Notes: generated by a model from the sequence alone, not told the origin. A stretch of DNA of 47,175 nt, filler included, from Streblomastix strix (GCA_008636045.1; 2 parts of 2 records of this genome joined end to end with filler, not necessarily neighbours in it), one strand, 5' to 3'. Counted from the whole stretch's first letter, positions 1 to 13,300 are shown. A program made the numbers and translations.

Positions 1-42
1 TATATATTTTTCTTTAATATTTCATTTTTAATATTTATATAG

Positions 43-2733
43 TTACTGTGTCTTATAAGCTAAGCCCTTTAATCCAATACTTGGCGAGACATTACAAGCT
101 ACATATCCCGGTGGAATAAATGTATAAGACAATAAAATCGAAATGGAAATTATAAATAATACAAAAACATATTAAGTAAAAATTAATTAAAATTTGTATT
201 TATTAGTTTCATAATATTTTTCATTTATTTTCATTTATTCGATTATATATTAGTTGTATATGGAGCAAGTCACACATCACCCTCCTGCATCAGCTTGGCT
301 TATGACTGACAAGTTTATAATTATTAATATTTATTAATATAATTTTATATTTTTGTTTAAAATTAATCAATTCTTATTAATTTAAATATACTCATAATAA
401 TTTTTTAATATTAATTTCATTCAAGGAAAAAAAGATTCACATTTGTTGGGTCAGCCGAATATGCAGCTTCATTCAGAGGAAACTCAATCAATGCGTATGT
501 AAATAAGAAATATTAGTGAATTTTATATAAAATAAAGAAAAATTAATATAAAAAAATTTATGAATTAATTTCATTTTTATTAATTAATTATTATAAATAT
601 TCTATTTTATTCTTTCATATATTTAATTCAGCCGCCAATTTGGTCCACAAAGACTCTTCTTCAATGATTAAGGTGAATCAAATGAAACAAACTACATTGA
701 ATGGGGCTGGCCTATTCTTAGAATGACTGGTATTATATTTTACAATATTGATTTACATATATATTATATATAATAATTAATAAGAATAATTAATTTGTTA
801 TTTTTTATGCACTATTATATTTAAATTTATTATAAATATTTTCTGCTCTATATTATATTATATAATAATAGGGTATGTATATGGAGAAAGAAGATCAAAT
901 TATAAAGGAACAATGATATTCAGATATCCAAAGCACAAGTTACAGTATTGAAATTTAAATATAATTTTCTTTATTATTTATTATTTATTATTTAGTTGGT
1001 TTTTTAAAAAAATTATTGATTTAATTTTCACAAATTCTTATTTATTTATTTTTAAATCCAGACTCAACATTTCATTTGAATTTAATAAGAGAGGCTTCTT
1101 CTCTTCATCAAAGCACGACAGACCAGGAGATTATTTCACTGGAGAAGTATATATATAATATAATAGTACAAAACAAATAGAAAATGAATATAAATAATAT
1201 TTAATTGAAATATATAACTATTTTATTTTAATTTTTTATATTCAATATTATTTTTTTCTTATTTAATTTGATTACATCACAGGTCTGTCGATACACAATT
1301 ACTCCTGAAGGCCCTCTTTACATTGAGAATGCCAATGATAATCCTATTAGCAATTCGAAGGTTAAACATATATATTGGAAATATAATGAAGTATAAGAAA
1401 ATATTTTTTTATTTTAATTATTAATTTATATAATATCAGGGAAATACCAAAGAAGTACTTGAGAAAATTGATGGAACATGGCTTGGATACTTAGATTTCA
1501 ATGGGAAAAGGTAACATAACTTTATTGATATAAAAATTATTTTATGTAAATATTAATCTTTTAACTAAAACATTTTATTATTATAATAATAATTATTATT
1601 CCAATTTCTTTTTTAATTTCAATAAATTAATCTTTATATTTTAACCATATTGCAGATATTGGGACGTCCGATATTCAACGCCCCTTGGTCCAACACCCGT
1701 TGAAATCCCAGACTCGCTTCCTGTCCATCCATATAAATCAGAGAAGCAGATAAAACAGGAATCACTCACTGAAAAAGAACACGAGAAGAAAAAATTGACT
1801 CTTGAAGTATTTGGTGGTGTGCATTCCTCTTCGTCTATAGCGAAGCTTGAATCAAATACTCAAACGTCGTCATCTTATTCTTTATCATCATCTTCTTCTT
1901 CTTCTTCTTCATCATCATCTTCTTCTTCTTCATCTTCTTCTTCTTCATCATCTTCAACATCAACTCTATAATCATCTTCTATAATATCACCACAATTAGA
2001 ATCGCCTTCAGATCTGAACAGAGATACTTTTGATCCATCCCCAATTCCAGCAAATAGTCCATCTTCTCTATCTGAGAGCGAGTTACCTACATACCAACAT
2101 GAGAATGAAGATGAAGATATGAATGATAAAGATAAATAAAAAGAAAGGAAAGAAAATGTTGATAATTTAGATAGAGAAAATGATTTTGAGAATTAAAATG
2201 ATTAAACAGCAGATTCACCACAAAAAGCAAAAGCTAAACCAGTCAAATAAAAAAGACCACTTGAATTTGGACACCAGGAATTCGTAGTCTCATAGATTCC
2301 AGTTCCAGTGAGTTTCTCTCCATCACTTTCAGCAATGCAAATATAGCAACTTACACCTACAAAACTTCTTCTGTCAAATTCTTCCTCATAAACATCACTA
2401 TCGAAGTCAAATACAAAATCACAAGTTTTCCTGCTCCCTTCAGACTGCCGTTTCAGACTTGATCGGTAACTATTGGAAAAGAAAAGACTTGACGAGGCTC
2501 AGGATTACAAAGAAGTGTTAGAAGTCCAATAAAGGAAAGAAGCATCACTCAGGAAGTATTATCAGAGTAATGAAAAGAAGAGGATTGCAGATAATGAGAA
2601 GTAATTGAAGAGAGAAGCGAAGAAGAAAGAAGACGAGAGAATCAGAGAAGAGAAAGAAAAGTAGAAAGCTGAGAAGAAAGCACAAAAAGATAAAGAAAAG
2701 GAGACAAGGAGGAAAACTGGTGATGATAACTGA
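43..2733 (+). CDS. Oxysterol-binding protein-related (ORP/Osh family) lipid-transfer protein, 5'-partial, multi-exon, TAR=Gln
   Basis: Spliced translation gives KPFNPILGET (~62-91), EQVTHHPP (ORP signature EQVSHHPP, ~262-285), IDGTWLG, YWD, and C-terminal LLPSDCRFRLD...DEAQDYKEVLEVQQRKE. GT-AG introns separate the motifs. Ends GAT AAC TGA at 2731-2733. Confidence 0.93.
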
Positions 2734-3305
2734 TTTTTTAGCTTTAATTTTTTTGGTGACAATTATCGTAAGATACTTATAGCATATTTTTTATTTTAAT
2801 TAGAGTTGCATTATTTTTATTTAATAACTTTCTTTGTCATACTTCTTTTCGTACTTGTACGCAGTGAATAATAAAAAAGCGTGAGATTAAATATTTCCAG
2901 TAAGTAAAATATAAATATTATATTCCAATGATATATTTATAGTTTATTAGTCCGTCATCATTGAAAACTTTCAAAATTTAATAATTTCAAGTTAAAATGC
3001 CAATTCAAAAAGTTAAACTTGTTTGAATTTAAAAATGATTATTTATATATAATGCTTTCAATTTTATTAATTTTCAAAACTTCATTAAATCTTTAAAAAC
3101 TTGTGAAAAATATATTGGGATTTAAAGCAACAGTTTGTAATATTTATATTTAATTACTTGATATATGCATAATAATATAAAAAAATTATTAAATTATGAA
3201 AGCTAGAGTATAAATAATAAAGTCAAACCTGACTTAAATCAATTTTTATTTTAATTTGTTTTTTGTGCAACTAACCAATCAGCAATTCATTTAAGCATTA
3301 AAGTA

Positions 3306-6300
3306 ATGGCAGATATATAATTATTGAATAATTAAGGAATAACGGTATTTAAACACTTTTACACTTGCATTGACTATGATATTGGCATTTTAAATTCTTT
3401 TGAAAATATCTAGGTATTTAAGTCTTTAGGTTTGAAACTGTTATTAATTTTTTACTTATTTTGATAATACTCATATATTTCAATTGTTTAACGTAGAACA
3501 ATGTTTCTCTGGCGGGTGTGCAAATAAACAATCTAAGTTTCTTTTTTAAATTTCATTTTTTTAACTATTTTCCACTTTTAGAGTATATTTGGGTTATAAA
3601 GGTGATACTGGACTGGTTTCTGTTAAGGTTAGAAATATTGATTAAGTAGGCGAGAGGGAGTTGGATGCTATTGAGCGATTTAAAGAGTATATTTTATTTT
3701 GTTTAATTTATGCTTGTTTATACATATATTTTATTTCAATATGCAGGATGGAGGCTATTCCATTTGTATCTTAATATAAAGAAATTATTAAATTAGAAAA
3801 GTAGATAATAATATTAAATGATTTTGCAAATATGAAAGTATGATAGTATTTTTAATTTTATTAAATCTATTTCAAGCTTATATTGTTATTTTTTCATATT
3901 TCTGTAACATCTAAGAGTATTGAACATATAATCAAGAATAAATATTCTCTTTCATCTGGGACATTTCGTGCACTAGCAAAATAAATATGTTTGAATGTTT
4001 TCTTCTTCTTTTTTCGAAGTTTTATATTTTTAACTTTTATTACTTATCATTAGTTGAAGGCATACGATATATAAATTCGATTGACATTATTCTCAGGTTT
4101 TCTTTGTTGCATTATCATTCAAATTATTATAATTATTATATGTTTAATATATCAGAGATATCAATGCTGAAAATTTGCTGCTGCATTGCCCACATGGATC
4201 TAATCGCGTGGTTTGATAATAATATTAAATTCAATGTTTTATTCTCAAATTATATATATTATTATTAATATCAATATTCAGATTGTAAAAATTGCTGGGT
4301 TCGAATGCGCTAAGGTCCTTGGAAAATATTAAACGAATAATCTTGAATAAGAAGATAAATCATTTAAAATGTCAGCAATAGAGTATATTAAAATTAAATA
4401 AATAAAAAAATTAATAAATTTTCTATTTAATAATTTATAAATTATCATATATATCATTAGATAATAATTTGGCTTTCGGTAGAATATGGCACCTGAACTT
4501 GATATTGAAGGCGAAAAAGCTGATTCAAGAGTATTATTAAAATAAAATAATGATTATTTACTATTTAAAAAATAATGATTTTTAATTTATTTATTATGAT
4601 TTTACTTATATTACAATTATACCAGGTTGATGGCTGGTCTTCTGGGGTTGTTCTCTTCCAACTTGCTGGACACGATCACCCAATCAAAGCGAAGACAATT
4701 GATGAACTGAAAAAGTTTGAAATAATACTATAAGAAAATTTATTTATTTATTTATTTTTTATTAATATTTTTGAACTATCTAAAAAAAGTTTTATAAAAT
4801 TTTAGACCATTGTTAGACCAGCAGCCATATAAGATGACCAACTCTGGGACCTTCTTACTCATCTTCTTGACTTCAACAGGAAAACGAGATACTCAGCAGA
4901 ATTAGCCCTTCAACATCCCTATTTCACAAGTCCATCATTTGAGATTAGCGCTGAAGCTAATGAAATTGCAATTCAGTCCCTATATGATAAATAATAAGGC
5001 GATAAAAGTATCACAATTTATGACCAAGACTCAACATATATTGTCCCTAAATCTGAAATCAAAGCTGCACTTGAATATGATCCTGATATTGATCTTCAAC
5101 CAATTTATCATCAAATCCAATAATAATAAATTATAGGCAGTCCTTCTCCTTAAATTATTCTTTCTCCTTTTAATTAAAATTAGTAATAACAACCCCAATT
5201 TCCTCCTCTAAATCCTCCAAATTCAGCTTTTATTACCCATAATTTTTCTCCATATCCAATTTTACATGCTCATTCGTCAAAACTATAACAATCAAACAAT
5301 AATAATTAACAATTAGAATTATAGTGGCAAAATTCTCCTAAATATGATGAATAAAGCCCATATAACGCACAACGTCGTCAATTTTCTTCATAATCTTAAT
5401 CATCATCTGATCATTCTATTTATCCAATTGATGATTAGTTATAATAAATTCCAATGAACATTTAACCAAAAAAATAACAGTTGCGACAATAATAATTAAA
5501 TTATTATTTAGAAAAAGCACAATAAATTGCAAAATAAATGCAATTAAGTAATTCCGAATAAACTTAAGATTTAGATAATGAAGATATAGACCAATAATAT
5601 AATGAATTAACCATTAATAGTAATTAAAATTAATAAAATTTATCCTTATCTTTAACTCCATCTAATTTATAGTCAATATAACACCCTTAATATCTTAATT
5701 CCACCTATCCTCAATAAAGCAATTAATAATAATAATAATAATAATAATAATCAACTCTTCCTCTTCCTTATCATCAGAGACCCTAAACATAATTATAACA
5801 TAATAGTAAGTTCCAATATCCTTAATATCAGGAAACACAATTTTACATAGAATAATAACAATAACAAAAATAAAATAATAATAATAATTCTATTATATAA
5901 ACAGGAAGATTATCAACAAACTCTGGGTTTATGACTAGTAATACATAATGTATGATATTTAGAAATTATTAATATTTATGTAATAATTCATTTTTTACTT
6001 TATTATTATTCATAATTTTTATATTTACTATCTGCCATGATTTATTTTCTGTAATATTTTATTTCTGTTCATTAAATTCAGCTCGAGTTGATAAATCGAT
6101 GTTACATCCACCATTTCCATCTCTTATCACCAAGACACTTAGCATCCCTTAACTACAATATAATAATAATAATGCACTTAGTATTCCTCCTTTTAATCGT
6201 TCTGACATTCAATATTCAGAGTAATAATAGGATATATAATAATAAATTGATAATTTCTCATTAATTCCATTGAGTAAACGTGATGATTATGATGATGATG

Positions 6301-7457
6301 AATTTGAATAGGAAGAGAATGAAAATATTTACAAAGTTAATAATGAAGGAAATTAAGAAAAAGAGAAGGAAAAAGAAAATATAAAAGAATTTCATAAAAA
6401 ATAAAAAAATAAAGATTAACATATTGATTTAGCTAGAAAAGAATAATAAAAAGATTAATAAAATATAATTGAAGTATAAAAGAATAAAGAAAAAGAAAAG
6501 GAAAAGGAAATATAGATTATTAATAATAATGATTAAAATAATTAATTAATTAGATAAGAATAATAAAAAGATTAATAAAATATAATTGAAGTATAAAAGA
6601 ATAAAGAAAAAGAAAAGGAAAAGGAAATATAGATTATTAATAATAATGATTAAAATAATTAATTAATTAGATAAGAATAATAAAAAGATTAATAAAATAT
6701 AATAGAACCTCAAGATAATATCGAAGATTTGATTAAAAAGTAAAAAACTAATAAACCAATAATAAGAAAAGTTCTGAAAAATAAATAAAATAAAATATAA
6801 AAAACAGAAATGCAAAAATTATTAGAAGAATTTTAAAAATAAAATATGAAAGGATTAAACAAAATTATAGAAGTAATAAAAGCCTAAATCAAATTAGAAA
6901 AGAAAAATGATAGACTTTTAGCTGCAAAAATAAGATTAGACAAGTAAAAGGAAGAAAATTTAAGAAAAAAATAATAATAAAGAGAAAAATTGAATCCAAT
7001 TCAATTAAAATCTAGAAGTAAATAACATGCAATTACAGCACACCATACTTTCAGACTTCCACCGTAATAAAATCCAAAAATACAACAGTTACCTTTGAAA
7101 GGAACATAGAATATTACCAACCAGCCTCAAGAAAATAACACAGTCCAGTGCCCTTTCTGCACTAATTCACTTCCTATTGCTCTTATTGAGGGCCATATCA
7201 AATCACGCATACATTCCTCGCACCCACGCAACAACAATTCAATTCACGAACACATTCAAAAAATTCTCCCTTAGATGAATCGCAGGCCAGACGGAGGATT
7301 TGAATCAAAAGCTGATCAGTAGATTGACTGTCCATTTTGTAATTAAAAGGAATTATATCCTATTGAGAAACATATTAATAATTATCACATTAATAAATAT
7401 AATGAATTCCAAGGCCTTCTAAATTATCATTATCAATTAAATTAGAATTAGAAATGA
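3306..7457 (+). CDS. Divergent Ser/Thr kinase-domain protein (probable pseudokinase) with long Q/P-rich and coiled-coil tail and two C-terminal C2H2/UBZ-like zinc fingers
   Basis: ATG at 3306 and about 11 GT-AG introns. Motifs: VSVKV, LRDINAENLLL, VKIAGFE, MAPE, VDGWSSGVVLFQL, RYSAELALQHPYF. C-terminal CPFC-x10-H-x4/5-H twice (~7148-7212, ~7329-7388). TGA at 7455-7457. Confidence 0.85.
6441..6703 (+). repeat. Near-perfect 117-bp (39-codon) in-frame tandem repeat, ~2.25 copies
   Basis: Unit GAATAATAAAAAGATTAATAAAATATAATTGAAG...AATTAATTAATTAGATAA starts at 6441 and 6558, with a partial copy at 6675. Confidence 0.92.
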
Positions 7458-7647
7458 TTATTAATAACAATAATAAAGAAGACAGAATTAAAAAATTGAA
7501 TATTGGATAAGAATGCAAATTTGAAATTCAATTCATTCCATTTATTTCAAACATATATATATTTATCATTCTCTGTTATTTTTATTTTATTTTTTATTCT
7601 AAATTGCATCATTTCTTATTCAATATAATGAAGAGTTTTAAATTTAA

Positions 7648-8085
7648 TCATTCTTAAGTTTGAACAATTTTCTTATTATTATTGTTAATTCCTTTCTGTT
7701 GATAAATTGAAAAATATAGATCTTGATCTTGAAGATAAGTGTTTGACTTTGAATCTGCGATATCCAAAAATATAGTTAGATCCTCTTTCAACTTAACTTA
7801 TTCTTCTACTCTAGTCAAAAAGAAAAGGAGTAGCTGCCTACAATTAAAAAATTTACCTCAATTAATTTTTCTTTCCCTAATTAAATATCCATTACATCCA
7901 ATTAAAATTTTGCAATATTCCCTTCACGATATCTCATTATCAAATATTCAATACTCTATATTTTATTTAATTAATTTGAATATTACTAGCACATTTGAAT
8001 ATTAATAAGAATATATAACATACATCTGATTAAAAGCAAGCTTTTTTAAATTTTTTCACTTTATCAGCAGATGCATTATAATATC
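7648..8085 (-). other. Possible small or degenerate minus-strand gene between the kinase and the 8456 gene; structure unresolved
   Basis: Slightly more complex sequence than the flanks, with minus-strand GTATGT...ATAG and GTAAAT...TAG intron-like signals. More than one frame reads protein-like and no family is recognised. Confidence 0.25.
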
Positions 8086-8455
8086 TACAAAATAACTATT
8101 GAATTCATTTATAAATCATAATACTTTAATTTTAATTCGCAATTTAATACATTTTATTCTTGATTTTACACCAATAACGATTTTCTTAAAAACTTCAAAA
8201 CAAATTTTAATTTTAAACAATAAATCAAAATATATTTTCTATACACTGTTCATTTTTATACAAATTATGATAATTTAAATCCATATTGTGTTTTATGAAT
8301 CATAAAATAGCAATTTCACTATCCAAAAATTCTGGTTTGTCCTGCCCCACTTTATTTCAGAAAAAAAGTTATCTATTTAAATTCAAAACTAAACACTATT
8401 TTCTAAATTTTATTTTTATTTAATAATTGATTCTTTTATACTTTTAAAAGAAACA

Positions 8456-10057
8456 ATGAATCATTTTTCTTGCAAAATTCCTGATAAATTTCTAAAGCAG
8501 ATTGATATTTAAACTTCAACAACTGGATAAGTTGATGTATGAGTAAATATTTACATGTATAACTTTTTTTCCTTTTTTTATTTTATAATTTAGGGTGAAT
8601 CTGCGCAATAACTAATTTGCTTATTGGTTGATGACTATTAGAGTCTTCTTGTTGAGAATGATAAACTTCATGCTGAAATAGATGAACTTAAAAGAGTGAA
8701 AAACGAAAACAACAAATTGATGAGTAAAAATGCTGGTGTACCTTAAAAGAAATTGAAAATTTCTACTTAATAATTTTAATTAATTTTCTGTTTTTAATTT
8801 TATTTTTCAAAATTCATCTATATATTATATATTTAAATAAAAATTCTTGATATTGATGAAGAAGTTAAGATTTTTGATAATTAAAATTCTAAAATTCCAT
8901 CACATGAAAAGGAACAAAATTAAGAATAAATAATGAATAAAACCCAGTTTGAAGAGATTTAGCTACATCAAACCACATTTTGCGCTCTTCTCAAAATGTA
9001 AGATGATTTAATTAACAATAGAATCAGCATTGATATTCCATTTATCAACAAAGACGCTAATTATGATGATGTCAGAAATTTCATAATCTAAGAGTATAAC
9101 TTTCTTCCACAATTCACAACTATTTTGACTTCAATTTCTGAATCAATTACTTAAAAACGCAATCAAAATTAAGAATCAAAATCATTATCATTTATTACTC
9201 CATAATTTATTTCTTCTACTCTTTATATTCTTTATTATTTTCTCCATGGAAATTAATCTAGATTTTCTTATTTTAATCAAATTAACAATAAATTTGATTG
9301 TAAATAGATGTTATAAATACCACATCTTATATAAATCCTAGACAATTTTCTCAAAAGTTAACATTGTCAAAGTGTTAAAAGAAATGATGATTTATTAATA
9401 AATAAATTTTTAGAATATACGGAAAGATCCTGTAAAGAAATATTAAAATAATAATCATTTGATATTAAGCAAAATAGATTTTCCATTATTAGAGATATTC
9501 ATGGGAAATTAAATGAAAATATTTATTACAAAAATGATTATTGGAAAACAAATTCATAACAACGAAAAGATTATTATAATGATGAAAAAATTGTTGAAAA
9601 AACAATCAGAAGCAACTGCCTGATGTGCTTGAAGGAAATTCAACAACATGGAGATGAAATTATATAAGAGGATATTTTAGATTCGGGATATATGGAAGCT
9701 CTTGTTGAAAATTCGGCAAATTGTGGAGGATATATGTAAGAAGATTAGGATGAAATCATTCAATCTTTGTCCAATCTTGAAGTGTTCTACAAAGATCTTA
9801 TATCACAAAGAAAAAATAGATATAAATAGCATGAAAACAAGAGTAATAATTTGTATCCAGCTCTATTGAAGAATTTAGACGAATAAGTTGAGAGAGAAGG
9901 TGGATTTGAAGAAGTAGAAGCCTACTTAACTGCTAAAAGAACAAATAGATAAACATTAATTTTATCTTAGAAATTAAGGTGCATAATGCTTAACACATAT
10001 ATAGATCAAACAAATTACTATTAAGATCGTCAATGGGATGAAAATTAATAAAATTGA
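8456..10057 (+). CDS. Hypothetical alpha-helical protein (~515 aa) with an N-terminal coiled coil; likely lineage-specific family
   Basis: ATG 8456, intron ~8537-8593, then continuous frame with TAR=Gln to TGA 10055-10057. C-terminal ...IRSNCLMCLKEIQQHGDE...LDEQVEREGGFEEVEAYL...MLNTYIDQTN resembles a motif I recall from expanded Streblomastix hypothetical proteins (not verified). Confidence 0.75.
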
Positions 10058-10305
10058 TTTTTTTTGCCTTAAATTATTCTCGTTTGCAATCAATCATTCA
10101 CCAACATTCATAATAATAAATAATAAATAAATATAAATTTTATAGTTTAATTATAATATTTTAGAACTATTTGAAATTGTATGTAGAAAGTTTGATTTTC
10201 GGCGAAACAAGCGTTTTATCTCGTCGTTCTGTAGAAAAATTGATTAAAAATTATATCTATCATTTTTAATTATTGTTTATCTCTATTTTTTATTCATTCA
10301 GTACG

Positions 10306-13300
10306 ATGGACGATTCCTTGCGCGCCGAAATTCGGCATCGGAGATTCTTCCTCTCACTGACTCGGGGATGCTTCTCGCCATTATGCACCAATCCTAACTG
10401 TCTCAATAGTGGTATTATTAAACCTAGTCCTAGCGAAGTTGAAGAGAAGTGCCAACAACTGGTTTGTTTTAAATTAAAAATTTCAAAAATTTTAATTCCT
10501 TTTTTTATTCATAAATTACAATACAGATCAAAGTGGAATCCAAAGGATATTGCGCGATTGAGAACTGGGTGCCTGATCATCTTACTCTATCAACATTTAA
10601 TGTCTGCCATTTCAACTTTTTATAATTACTTAAATTCTACTTTTTTTACTTTTTTATTTTCTTCTGTATTCTTTACTTACTTATAATCAGGATCTTGACA
10701 AATTCTCATAAGAAGAAGGCACAACTGCAGGAATGCTTATTCTAGTAACAAAATTCTTCTCTGATCCGAAGAAACTCGCTCAATCATTTTTTGAATCAGA
10801 AAATGAAACGAAAAATGATTTTATAAATCTTCCTGATGCAAGCGATTCAAATCCTCGGATTTTATCACAATCTCCTTCTCCAAGAATTCTGCGATATATT
10901 TATGAGCAAATAGAAAAATACGAAAACTACGATTTCAAAAAGAAAGATAAAATTAAAGAAAAGGAAAAAGATAATTAAAAAGAAAAAATTAAATTGAGTT
11001 CAAAAGAGAAAGAAAAAGATAAAGAAAAAGACAAAGATAAATAAAATGAATGGAAAAGCGAAGAAGTGAAAGAAAGATTGAGAGAATGTCTGAATAAGCT
11101 TGTTTCATCTCCTGTTGATCTCGCATTGATGATTGAGAAGAACCATAAGGAGGTGGAATTAGAATTATTTAATTAATTATTAATCAATTATTTATTATTA
11201 TTTATTTATTATTTTAATATAATTTATTAATTATTTATATATTATTAATTATTTCATATTTAGTTCCTCGAATCAGAAAACAAACGCAGCAAACATTCAC
11301 AATCATCTTCAACTTTTCCATCTTCATTCATGAACAAATACAAATCAAAAGATGCTGAAAAAGATAAATAGAAAGAAAAAGAATAAATAAACGAATAGAA
11401 ATAAAAATAAGAAAAGGATAAAGAGAAAGAAAAAGATAAAGATAAGAAAACATCCCCAAATCATCAGAAAAATACTGATCTGTCAAAACAGCTTATTACT
11501 CAATCAAAATAATAGTAACAATAGTAAATATAATCTTCTTCATCATCTGCCAGTTCAAATATTTAATTATCTCCATAGAAATCTAAAGAATAATTATAAC
11601 TATAATAAACCCCAAATTAAGTTTCTTCTCCGTTAAATTAGTCCTAATCTTAAATATAATCTTAATCCTAATTAAATACAGTTGCTTCAAATTAACTGAA
11701 AACAAAATCAAAAACGAAATTGCAAGCTATACAAAGTTCTGTACAAACACCTCTACCACCAAATTAAGCTAATTAGACAAATTAAAATGCAAATATTCAA
11801 AATATATAAAATTTGTCTTCTTCTTCAACTTCATCATCATCTAATTAATAATAATAGTAATAATAATAGAAACCGCTCAATAATATCTCAATTAAGCCAA
11901 AATCATTAGCATCTTTAATTCTCACAAACTAGACCTAGCCAAATACAAATCAATCAACGACAAATTAATCCAATTCAAAATCGCCAATTTAATCTTCTTC
12001 TCCCACGTCATTATCATAACCGATTTAATCTACAATAACTTCACCACCAGGAAACAAATAATAAATATCGTCATCATAATCATAATAAATATAATAGAAA
12101 TATTCCACATCTACATTATAGTTAAATGATTAGTAATATAAAACAATGAATTATTCATATAATTAATACACTCTTCTGAGAATAATTCCATTTTGCTTCT
12201 TTTCGCCTTTTTTTATTAAAGAATCAGATGATTAATTTGTATCAAAAGTGTGCTAAGTTATACATAATTTGAAAGGTATGAGTATTTTTTGATTGATTAT
12301 GTATATAATAATATAATATATTTGATTTGAAGTTTAAACTAATAATAATTTATTTGATTTGAAATATATATAATAAATTTATTCATTCATATTTCAATAT
12401 TAATTATTCATCCATACTAAATTATATTCATACATGTTTCATATTAATTTATATTTTCATCCATATTATATTAATTATTCATCCATATTAAATTATATTC
12501 ATCCATATTATATTAATTATTCATTCATATCAAATTATATTCATCCATATTATATTAATTATTCATTCATATCAAATTATATTCATCCATGTTTATATCA
12601 GAACTGACCAAACCCGTACTCAGATCCTGGATATCCCGATACCCACTCAATTCAGCTTTCATTCCCCTCATTATGCCATTTCACACGTATGTTACACTGT
12701 CTGTACTGAAGGAGATTGTTGATATTGAGGTATTAATAATAATAATTTATATGTAATATATGTAAATGAATGAATTAATGGATGAATTAATTAGATAAAT
12801 ATTAAACTTAAATATATTTCCTTATATATTTATATTTTCATTAATAATTTAATTTATCTTAATTTATTAATTCAATATAATCCGCACATCAATTAATTCT
12901 CAGGGAATAATCCCCATCTTTTCTGCATTTGATATAATCCACCAATCTGGCGTTTTTGTCTCAAAACTGCCATTTTCGTCCAATTTGGCTCCAGAATGCT
13001 CTGTATTCTACAACGAGATGATGGAGGAGATTAATTTGATCAGAGATTATGAGAGGTTTGTATTTATATGAATATATATAAATATAAATATGAATAAGTA
13101 GAAATTATAAATATGAATATATATAAATATAAATATAAATATATTTGAATTATTGTATTATATATTAAATTTAATTTAATATATTTATTATTATTTAATT
13201 TCATTTATTATTTTATTATTTTTATATTTAGATATCGAAGTGAAGGTTTCTCATTCTTAGAACATTCATATTTATTCTCAGTTGCAATGAAAGCAAAAAT

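Noticed and set aside
12378..12591. CRISPR-like array
   Set aside because: Repeats are head-to-tail with no unique spacers, lie in a spliceosomal intron of a eukaryotic gene, and there are no cas genes.
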